Source of the DNA: Candidatus Dormiibacterota bacterium
GTDB lineage: Bacteria; Chloroflexota; Dormibacteria; Dormibacterales; Dormibacteraceae
Assembly (NCBI GenBank): GCA_039935415.1
Contig: JBDTKH010000032.1
Location: forward strand, 44,830-108,829
Direction: 5' to 3'
DNA: 64,000 nt
The notes under the pieces: model-generated
The model's input: only the letters and a program-made list of their open reading frames with translations
Told to the model about the DNA's origin: nothing
The model's database searches: none
Translations under genes and position numbers: made by a program
Shown here: piece after piece, positions 49,855 to 57,467 of the stretch
Layout of the letters: every line of letters begins with the position of its first letter
Position numbering within the stretch: the first letter of the stretch is position 1

Positions 49855-50328
49855 TCACCCCCGGCGCACGGCGCGCGCGATCTCTCGTTTCGCATCCCGC
49901 TCGGCGATCACCGCGCGCTTGTCGTACTGCTTCTTGCCGCGGCCCAGGCCGACCTCGACCTTGGCGTGGTTGCGCTTGAAGTAGACGCGCAGCGGGATGA
50001 GGGTGTAACCCTTCTGCCGCACTTTTCCGATCAGGCTCGCGATCTGCCTGCGATGCAGGAGCAGCTTGCGAGGGCGCGTCGGCTCCACGTTCATGAGATT
50101 CGCTTGAGCGTAAGGAGAGATGTGCACGTTCTCCAGCCACGCCTCATGCCCGTCAATGCGCACGAACCCTTCGCGCAGGTTGCACCGACCCGCCCGCAAC
50201 GACTTCACCTCAGGCCCGGTCAGCACGATCCCGGTCTCGTACTTCTCGTCGATGAAGTAGTCGTGATACGCGCGCCGGTTGACCGCGACGTCGCGCTCGC
50301 GATCCTCGTCGTCCTTAGGCATCCCCAC
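49855..50328 (-). CDS. smpB: SsrA-binding protein
   Basis: 157 aa, NRRAYHDYFI..., LLLHRRQI.., typical SmpB. Confidence 0.95.
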   Translation of the reverse strand: MGMPKDDEDRERDVAVNRRAYHDYFIDEKYETGIVLTGPEVKSLRAGRCNLREGFVRIDGHEAWLENVHISPYAQANLMNVEPTRPRKLLLHRRQIASLIGKVRQKGYTLIPLRVYFKRNHAKVEVGLGRGKKQYDKRAVIAERDAKREIARAVRRG

Positions 50329-51130
50329 GCACCTCGCGAGCCCGGCGTCCCGGCGACTGCACGCGCTCCGACACGTACCGGCCGCCCTCCACCCGACCGC
50401 TCAACACTTTCACGCGCTGCCCGGCCTCATCCGGAAGCGTCACGCCGGGCCACGGCTGAAAGGCGCGGACGCGGCGGTCGATGTCCTCGGGAGCCAGGCT
50501 CCACTCCAGCTCCCCGTCCTTCCGGGTCAGCCTGGGCGCCAGCGTCGCGCGTTCGTGATCCTGCTCGCGCGGCGTGATCGTCTCGATGCCGGCGATCGTC
50601 TTCACCAGCAGCTCCGCCCCCATCTCGGCCAGCCGCGCCGTCAGCTCCACGGCGTCCTCGCGCGGGCCGATCGTGGTTCCCCGTGTCGAGAGGATGGGTC
50701 CGTGGTCGAGCTTCTCGTCCATGCGCATGATCGTGACGCCAGTCTCGCGATCGCCGGCGAGGATCGCGTGCGCGACCGGCGCGGCACCTCGATGGCGGGG
50801 GAGCAGCGACGCGTGCACGTTGACCGCCCCGAGCCGGGGAATCGCCAGCACAGAGGCGCCGATGATCTGCCCGTACGCCACGACCACCAGGAGATCGGGC
50901 TCCAGGCGACGCAGCTTCTCGACCACCTCGGCCTCCCGTATGCGCTCCGGTTGGAACAAATCGAGGCCCAGCTCCAGCGCTGCCACCTTCACCGGCGGCG
51001 GCGTCACCCGCATGCGGTGGCCGGGGCGGTCGGGCTGCGTGATCACGAGCCGGATCTCGTGGCCGGCCCCATGCAGAGCTCGCAGCGAGGGCACCGCAAA
51101 GGCTGCAGTGCCGGCGAAGATGATCTTCAG
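50315..51130 (-). CDS. fmt: Methionyl-tRNA formyltransferase
   Basis: NVHASLLPRHRGAAP motif. The conserved N-terminus KIIFAGTAAFAVPSL lies upstream of the first canonical start (GTG 51094). The only in-frame candidates after the def stop are CTG 51130 or ATC. Confidence 0.85.
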   Translation of the reverse strand: MKIIFAGTAAFAVPSLRALHGAGHEIRLVITQPDRPGHRMRVTPPPVKVAALELGLDLFQPERIREAEVVEKLRRLEPDLLVVVAYGQIIGASVLAIPRLGAVNVHASLLPRHRGAAPVAHAILAGDRETGVTIMRMDEKLDHGPILSTRGTTIGPREDAVELTARLAEMGAELLVKTIAGIETITPREQDHERATLAPRLTRKDGELEWSLAPEDIDRRVRAFQPWPGVTLPDEAGQRVKVLSGRVEGGRYVSERVQSPGRRAREVRGDA

Positions 51131-51139
51131 GAAAGCCGC

Positions 51140-51655
51140 TTAACCCGAAGCCGCCGCGACGGCTTCTTCCTTCTCTTCGCCCACCATCTCGTCGACGCGG
51201 CGCAGCGTGTCGAGGCTGGTCAACCGGTCGATGAAGAGGACGCCGTCGAGGTGGTCCAGCTCGTGCTGGAAGGCCCGAGCGGTGAAGCCGGTGGACTTGA
51301 TGCGCACCTCTTTCCCGCGCCGGTTGCGGCCCTTGACCACGACCGTCTCGTGGCGCGCCACCTCGCCCACCCAACCCGGGTAGCTCAGGCAGCCCTCGTA
51401 GCCGACCTGCACCCCGTCGCTCTTGACGATCTCGGGATTGACCAGGCTCCAGATCTGGTTCTCGTCGCCCTTCACGACGCACACCCGGAGCGGGACCCCG
51501 ATCTGGTTGGCCGCCAGCCCGGCTCCGGGAGCCGCCAGCATGGTCTCCGTCAGGTCGTCGATGAGCCTCTGGACGGACGTGTCGACACGCGCGACCTTCT
51601 TCGCCTTTTCGCGCAGTGTCGGATGTTCGAAACCCAGGATCGGTCGGACGGCCAC
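51140..51655 (-). CDS. def: Peptide deformylase
   Basis: GLAANQIG, EGCLS and QHELDH motifs. Start set to GTG 51655. The track ORF extends to 52000. Confidence 0.92.
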   Translation of the reverse strand: MAVRPILGFEHPTLREKAKKVARVDTSVQRLIDDLTETMLAAPGAGLAANQIGVPLRVCVVKGDENQIWSLVNPEIVKSDGVQVGYEGCLSYPGWVGEVARHETVVVKGRNRRGKEVRIKSTGFTARAFQHELDHLDGVLFIDRLTSLDTLRRVDEMVGEEKEEAVAAASG

Positions 51656-52086
51656 GAATTCGATTCTACCCGCGATACGCTGTGCCCCAACCCTTGCTAC
51701 CCGACATGGCGCCGATCGATGCTCAGCGTTCCAGGACGATGGCGTTCCTCGCCTCGCTCTCCCGGGCCGGCGTCGACAGCGTCCATCGCGAGACGCGACC
51801 GTCGGACAGCTCCTCGGCCACATCGCCGCGTCCGAGCTCGGCAGCGCCTTCTTCATCCGGCGGGCCGCCGAGGGCGAGCTGATCGAGATGGACCTGGCGG
51901 CTCGCGACCAGTTCAACGACCTGGAGACCGAGAAGGCCCGATCGCTCGACCTCGACGCGCTGATGGCTGAGCTCGTGGACTCGGCCGAGACGCCGCGCAT
52001 CGGGTTCGCCGAGCTCGACGAAGCTGACCTGGCGAAACCGATCCTATGGCCGGCGGTGTCCCTACGTCTCTCACGCTCTCAACTCC

Positions 52087-54084
52087 TCATGTGACGGGGT
52101 CGACGTCATAACTCCAGCCCTTGCCGCGCGGCGCGAGGTGTCGCGCCCGCTCCAGGCCGTCACCTTTCAATGTGACCTGCCAGCGGTACTCGCCGCGCAG
52201 GCGGTGGATGAAGGCGGGCGACGGGCCCATGACCCGAATCCCCTCGATCCCCTCCTTCAACAGGCCGGTGGCGATCGCCTCCGCCGACTCCCGCGCCGAC
52301 GCTGCCGACTTTGCATCGTCGGAGTCCGTCCGGGTGAGCACCGCGAGCTCCGCGAACGGCGGAAAGGTGAACGCTTTGCGCGTGGGCAGCTCGGCGGCGT
52401 AGAAGCCCTCATAGTCGCCGGCGGCTGCGCACCTGAGGCTGTAGTGCTCGGGGTTGCTCGTCTGGACCACGACCCGCGACGGCCGCCCGTCGCGACCGGC
52501 GCGCCCAGCGACCTGCACGACCAGCGAGAACGTGTTCTCAGCCGAACGGTAGTCCGGGAAGTGCAGTGGCAGGTCGGCGTCGATCACACCCACGCACGTC
52601 ACCGCCGGCAGGTCGAGGCCCCGCGTCACCAGCTGGGTCCCGACCAGGATGTCGGCCCGCCGCTCGCTGAACGTCTCCCAGATGTCGAAGTAGGAGTCGG
52701 GGCCGCGGGCGGCGTCGCTGTCCAGCCGCAGCACGCGCGCCTGCGGCCACAGCTTATTGACCAGGGATTCCAGCCGCTGCGTGCCCATGCCCATGCCGCG
52801 GATGTTCCTGCTGCCGCAGTGGTCGCACACGGCGGGCATCGGCCGCCAGTAGCCGCAGTAGTGGCACGCGAGTCCCTCGAGCTCGGCGTGCTGCACCAGC
52901 GCGACCGAGCAGCCGAGGCACTGCACCGATTTGCCGCAATCGCGGCAGAGCACGAAGGTGGCCATGCCGCGCCGGTTGAGATAGAGGATCACCTGCTCCT
53001 CGTTTTCGAGAGTCCGTCCGATCACCTTCACGAGCCGGTTCGAGAGGGGCTGGCGGTTGCCGGCGGCCGCCTCGTCGCGCATGTCGACCAACTCCACATC
53101 CGCATCGCGGCCGCGCACCCGCCTGGTGAGCTTGGTCAACGCCAGCTCGCCACGCGACGCGTCGTGGTAGGTGACGACGCTCGGTGTGGCCGAGCCCGCG
53201 ATCAGCTTCGCGCCGCTCACCGCGGCCAGCCGCCGCGCGACCCAGCCCGTCTCGTAGCGCGGTGTCCTGTCTTGCTTGTACGCCGCCGAACCCTCTTCGT
53301 CCAGGCAGATCAGGCCCAGGCGCGGGATCGGGGCGAACACCGCCGAGCGGCTGCCCAGCACGACGTCCGCCTGCCCGCGCCGCGCCTTCCACCACTGCTG
53401 CGCTCGTTCCAGCTCGGTGAGCTGGCTGTGCAGGATCGCGATCGGCGCGTTCAGGCGCGCCCGAACGCGCTGGACGAGCTGCGGCGTCAGTGAGATCTCC
53501 GGCACCAGGAGCAGCACCCGCAGACCCTTCGATATGGCCTCCTCCGCCGCGGCCAGGTAGACCTCTGTCTTGCCGCTCGCGATGACGCCGTGCAGCAGCG
53601 TCAGCTGGTTCGAGCTCACCACCTCCAGCGCGGCGGCCTGCTCTGCTGTGAGCTCGATGGGCCCCAGTCGTGGCGCCGGCGCGGTCGCGAGCTCCACCAG
53701 TCGGCTGTGCCGGCGCTGGCGCGTCGAAGCCTCGGACCCGGTCGACCCGGTGGAGCGCACGCGCGGCGGCAGCATGGCCCGCAGGCACTCGATCAGGGGC
53801 ACCCAGTAGTGGTCGGCGACGAGCCGGGCCAGCGCGACCTGGTGAGGGAGCAGCAGCGGCTCCGCTCCCGCGGTGACGATCGCCCTGGTCTCCACGCCCG
53901 GGTCCTCGGTCCCCAGCGAGACCACGAAGCCATAGGTGCTGCGACGCCCGAACGGCACCGTCACGCGGTGTCCGGGAACCACGTCAACCCCATCGGGGAC
54001 GGCATACGTGTACGTCTCGCGGCCGAGGCCGCGCGCTGCCTCGACCGCTACTTCTGCGTATAGCAATGCGGGCTTAAGCCCCAC
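52087..54084 (-). CDS. priA: Primosomal replication-restart helicase PriA
   Basis: Walker A ASGKTEVY, DEEG box, Cys-rich zinc region CRDCG..CLGCS..CHYCG..CDHCG. The GTG at 54084 lies inside a repeat. Alternative TTG start at 54066. Confidence 0.9.
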   Translation of the reverse strand: MGLKPALLYAEVAVEAARGLGRETYTYAVPDGVDVVPGHRVTVPFGRRSTYGFVVSLGTEDPGVETRAIVTAGAEPLLLPHQVALARLVADHYWVPLIECLRAMLPPRVRSTGSTGSEASTRQRRHSRLVELATAPAPRLGPIELTAEQAAALEVVSSNQLTLLHGVIASGKTEVYLAAAEEAISKGLRVLLLVPEISLTPQLVQRVRARLNAPIAILHSQLTELERAQQWWKARRGQADVVLGSRSAVFAPIPRLGLICLDEEGSAAYKQDRTPRYETGWVARRLAAVSGAKLIAGSATPSVVTYHDASRGELALTKLTRRVRGRDADVELVDMRDEAAAGNRQPLSNRLVKVIGRTLENEEQVILYLNRRGMATFVLCRDCGKSVQCLGCSVALVQHAELEGLACHYCGYWRPMPAVCDHCGSRNIRGMGMGTQRLESLVNKLWPQARVLRLDSDAARGPDSYFDIWETFSERRADILVGTQLVTRGLDLPAVTCVGVIDADLPLHFPDYRSAENTFSLVVQVAGRAGRDGRPSRVVVQTSNPEHYSLRCAAAGDYEGFYAAELPTRKAFTFPPFAELAVLTRTDSDDAKSAASARESAEAIATGLLKEGIEGIRVMGPSPAFIHRLRGEYRWQVTLKGDGLERARHLAPRGKGWSYDVDPVT

Positions 54085-54116
54085 TCCCCGACCCTCGCCC
54101 CGAAGGGGCGAGGGAG
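54071..54116 (-). repeat. 46-nt REP-like element with UUCG-tetraloop hairpin, copy 2
   Basis: ggcttaagccccactccccgaccctcgccccgaaggggcgagggag, near-identical to 17171-17216. It supplies the last ~14 codons and the TAA stop of coaBC, and the GTG of the priA track ORF. Confidence 0.8.
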
Positions 54117-55354
54117 CGCAGGCGGGGAGCGACCAGGTCCAGGATCCTGTCGGCCATCTCGCGCTTCGTCATCTTCTGGAGGTCGTGGCGCGAGCCGTCC
54201 GCGAAGAAAACGATGCCGGCGTTGTAGTCGCTGCCGAACCCGATGTCCCGTCGCGAGATGTCATTCGCCACGATGCCCTGGAGGCCCTTCCGTTTCATCT
54301 TCTCCATCGCCTTGGCGTCGAGGTCAGAGTCCTCTGCAGCGAACCCCACGCGGAAGACGCCGGCCGCATCCTTCTCCTTGCCCAGCGTGGCGATGAGGTC
54401 GGGAATCGCCTCCAGCTCCAGCGTCAACGTGGGCGTTTCCTCGCGCCGGATCTTTCCCGTCGCGGTCCGTGCGGCGCGGAAATCGGCCACCGCTGCGGCC
54501 ATCAGCAGCAGGTCGGCACCCTTGATCACCGAGCGGAGCTCGGCCAGCATCTCGTCCGCCGTCGCCACCTGCCTGACCTCGACTCCGTGATGCTCCGGTG
54601 GGTTCGCGGTCGTCACCAGGGTCACGTGGGCGCCCCGTTCGGCTGCGGCGGCGGCGAGCGCGTTCCCCATCTTGCCGCTCGAGTAGTTGCTGATGAAACG
54701 CACAGCGTCGACCGGCTCCCGCGTGCCCCCGGCGCTCACGATGACCCGCCGGCTCGCCAGGTCGTACCGACCTCGAAGCGCGTCCGCCATCCCCTTTAGA
54801 AGCTTCGCGGCGCCGGCGAGGCGGCCCGTTCCGATGTGGCCGCTCGCGAGGTGGCCCGTCTCAGGCTCGACCACGCTGACGCCTCGATGCCGCAGAGCCG
54901 CGATGTTCGCCACCACCGCCGGTTTCGACCACATCGCGTCGTTCATCGCCGGGGCGACCACCACCGGGCAGCGCGCCGCCAGCAGGGTGGCGGTCACGAT
55001 GTCGTCGGAGCGACCGCTCGCGACGCGACCGATGACGTTCGCAGTGGCCGGGGCAAGCAGGATGACCTGCGCCCAGTCGCCCAACGCCACGTGCGGCTCG
55101 GGGGAACCGCCCGATCCCCACAGGCCGGTCAGCACCGGGTTGCCCGTCACGCCCTGGAACGAGGGAGGCCCGACGAAGCGCGTCGCCGACGGGGTCATCG
55201 CGACTCGCACTTCGCATCCTGCCTGCGTCAGGCTGGAGGCGAGGTCGACGACTTTGTAAGCGGCGATCCCACCCGAGACCAACAACGCGACGCGTAGGCC
55301 GCGCAGCTCCTCCGGGACGGAAGCGGAGTCTAGAGGCACGTTCGGGGGCCGCAT
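54074..55354 (-). CDS. coaBC: Bifunctional phosphopantothenoylcysteine decarboxylase / phosphopantothenate--cysteine ligase
   Basis: 426 aa, SGGIAAYK flavoprotein motif and CoaB domain. C-terminal tail SLAPSGRGSGSGA is encoded by the repeat element. Confidence 0.92.
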   Translation of the reverse strand: MRPPNVPLDSASVPEELRGLRVALLVSGGIAAYKVVDLASSLTQAGCEVRVAMTPSATRFVGPPSFQGVTGNPVLTGLWGSGGSPEPHVALGDWAQVILLAPATANVIGRVASGRSDDIVTATLLAARCPVVVAPAMNDAMWSKPAVVANIAALRHRGVSVVEPETGHLASGHIGTGRLAGAAKLLKGMADALRGRYDLASRRVIVSAGGTREPVDAVRFISNYSSGKMGNALAAAAAERGAHVTLVTTANPPEHHGVEVRQVATADEMLAELRSVIKGADLLLMAAAVADFRAARTATGKIRREETPTLTLELEAIPDLIATLGKEKDAAGVFRVGFAAEDSDLDAKAMEKMKRKGLQGIVANDISRRDIGFGSDYNAGIVFFADGSRHDLQKMTKREMADRILDLVAPRLRSLAPSGRGSGSGA

Positions 55355-55543
55355 CGATAGATTTGGTGGCGAGGGGTCCCTCCCGTGACTGCGTCACGGG
55401 GACCCCAGTGGAAGCGCTGAGCACCGCAGCGCGCGCATCCGTTGATGCGTAAGCGAGGAGCGGAGGCGCTGACGCCCGGATCGGGCCGCATGGGCGCCAA
55501 AGATACGATGCGGATCCCCGAACGCGCCTCTTGGGGCATTGGG

Positions 55544-56143
55544 CTAAGTCTGGCGTTCCGGCGCCCTGTGAGCGGCGCGCTTGCGGGCCCCGTCGGTGAT
55601 CGCGAGGATCTCCACCACGGCCCGCTCGAGCTCGTCGTTGACCACAACGTGGTCGTAATGCGACGCGTACGCCATCTCCCGTTCCGCAATCTCACGGCGT
55701 GAGGCCATGTCCTTGGCTGAGTCGCTGTTGCGCCGCTCCTGCCGGCGCTCGAGCTCCCTGGTCGACGGCGCGACGACGAAGATGAAGAGGCCGTCTGGGC
55801 AACGCAGGCGAACCTGCTCCGCGCCCTTCACCTCGATCTTGAGCACGATGTCGTGGCCTGCCGCGCGAGCCTGCTCGACGCGCTCCCTCAGCGTCCCGTA
55901 CAGGTTTCCGTTGTAGTCCGCCCACTCGAGAAAGGCGCCCTCTTGGATCAACCGCTGGAATCGCCCACGATCCACGAATGTGTAGTCGATGCCGTCGACC
56001 TCGCCCGGCCGCGGTGCGCGCGTCGTGCAGGAGACCGAGTAGCGCAGGTTTCGATCGAGCTCGAGAAGGCGCTTGATCAAAGTGTCCTTGCCCACGCCGG
56101 AAGGACCCGAGATGACGATCAACAGTCCACGCTTCCCGCTCAC
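55544..56143 (-). CDS. gmk: Guanylate kinase
   Basis: GPSGVGKDT P-loop, 199 aa. GTGA overlap with the rluD stop. Confidence 0.92.
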   Translation of the reverse strand: MSGKRGLLIVISGPSGVGKDTLIKRLLELDRNLRYSVSCTTRAPRPGEVDGIDYTFVDRGRFQRLIQEGAFLEWADYNGNLYGTLRERVEQARAAGHDIVLKIEVKGAEQVRLRCPDGLFIFVVAPSTRELERRQERRNSDSAKDMASRREIAEREMAYASHYDHVVVNDELERAVVEILAITDGARKRAAHRAPERQT

Positions 56144-57042
56144 GTCAACGAGTCCCAGAACTGCTGGAAGTCTTCCGGCGGGGCGACCTCGAAGCTCATC
56201 TCAGCTTTAGTTCGCGGGTGCCGCAGGCGCAGCCGCCACGCATGAAGCATCGGTCGTGCGGCCTCGGGCTCGGATCCGCCGTACTCGGCGTCGCCTGCCA
56301 CCGGGTGACCCAGCGCGGCGAGGTGGACGCGGATCTGGTGCGTTCGGCCGGTGTCGAGGTCACAGCGCACGAGTGTATGCCCGCTCCGTCTCTCGACCAC
56401 GTGATAGCGGGTGCGGGCAAAACGACCTCCGCTGACCACGGCCATCCGCTTGCGATCCTTCGGATGCCGGCCGATCGGTCCCTCGAGCTCTCCCGCCTCG
56501 TCCTTCATACGCCCTCGCACGATGGCGAGGTACGTGCGGCTCAACGTCCGGTCGCTTAGCTGCGACGAAAGCGCTCGATGGCTGGCGTCGTTACGCGCCA
56601 CGACGATCAGCCCCGATGTGCCCTTGTCCAGCCGGTGGACGATGCCAGGCCGCACCGTACCACCGACCGCCGACCAGGTTCCGCCGCGTCCCAGCAGCGC
56701 GTGGACGAGCGTCCCGGACTGGTGGCCGGGCGCGGGATGCACGACCATGCCCGCCCGCTTGTTGATGACAGCGAGGTCCTCGTCCTCGTACACGACCTCG
56801 AGCGGGATGTCTTCGCCGGCGGCGGCGATGGTGTAAGCCTTTGGGATCTCAACGTCGATCACATCACCGGCCGCGACGCGATCCGACGGTTGCGCGGTCG
56901 CGCCGTTCACCAGGACGAGGTGGCCCTTGATCAACCGGGCGGCCGCCGCACGGCTCAGGTCCTCGGCCTGGTGGGCCAGGAACGTGTCCAGTCGCGGCGC
57001 CGCCTCGGCCGCTACGAGACGGGATCTTTTCGTAGCAAGTAT
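56140..57042 (-). CDS. rluD: RluA-family 23S rRNA pseudouridine synthase (RluD-like)
   Basis: S4 domain (RLDTFLA..) and catalytic HRLDKGTSGL. No ATG/GTG/TTG between GTG 57207 (195-nt overlap with lspA) and the S4 domain. Tentative ATA start at 57042. Confidence 0.8.
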   Translation of the reverse strand: MLATKRSRLVAAEAAPRLDTFLAHQAEDLSRAAAARLIKGHLVLVNGATAQPSDRVAAGDVIDVEIPKAYTIAAAGEDIPLEVVYEDEDLAVINKRAGMVVHPAPGHQSGTLVHALLGRGGTWSAVGGTVRPGIVHRLDKGTSGLIVVARNDASHRALSSQLSDRTLSRTYLAIVRGRMKDEAGELEGPIGRHPKDRKRMAVVSGGRFARTRYHVVERRSGHTLVRCDLDTGRTHQIRVHLAALGHPVAGDAEYGGSEPEAARPMLHAWRLRLRHPRTKAEMSFEVAPPEDFQQFWDSLT

Positions 57043-57467
57043 CCGGCGATCAGCAGCACCACACCGGTGCTGATCGCTGAGTCCGCAACGTTGAACACCG
57101 GCCAGAAGTGGACGTTGATGAAGTCGGTCACCGTCCCGTAGACGATGCGGTCGAAGCCGTTTCCCAGCGTGCCACCCAGGACGAGGCCGAGCACGGCGTC
57201 GTTCCACAGGTTGCTCGGGTCGCGCACGACATAGACGACCAGGCCTATCGACACGACCACTGAGGCGACGAGGAAGACGAGAGCGCCGGCGGGCGCGAAG
57301 CCGAAGGCGGCCCCCGAGTTCCGCACGTTGGTGATCGCGACCAGGTGGCCGATCGCCGCTACCTCGGTCCCGTACGGAACCTGCGCCGCGACCAGGCCCT
57401 TCGTGATGCGGTCGACGATGAAGACCGCGATCGCGATGAGCGCGAAGAGGACGCGCCCGGTGGTCAG
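57012..57467 (-). CDS. lspA: Lipoprotein signal peptidase II
   Basis: NSGAAFG, GNGFDRIV and FNVADS motifs. The conserved TM1 and DRITK motif lie upstream of the first canonical start (GTG 57326). CTG 57467 forms a CTGA overlap with the ileS stop. Confidence 0.85.
   Translation of the reverse strand: MTTGRVLFALIAIAVFIVDRITKGLVAAQVPYGTEVAAIGHLVAITNVRNSGAAFGFAPAGALVFLVASVVVSIGLVVYVVRDPSNLWNDAVLGLVLGGTLGNGFDRIVYGTVTDFINVHFWPVFNVADSAISTGVVLLIAGYLLRKDPVS

Noticed and set aside
50279-51970. 563-aa plus-strand ORF
   Set aside because: It is antisense to fmt and def, both of which are motif-supported.
55330-55695. 121-aa minus-strand ORF considered as a candidate rpoZ
   Set aside because: It has no omega-subunit features. 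It overlaps the gmk 3' end and the coaBC 5' end, and has shadow composition.
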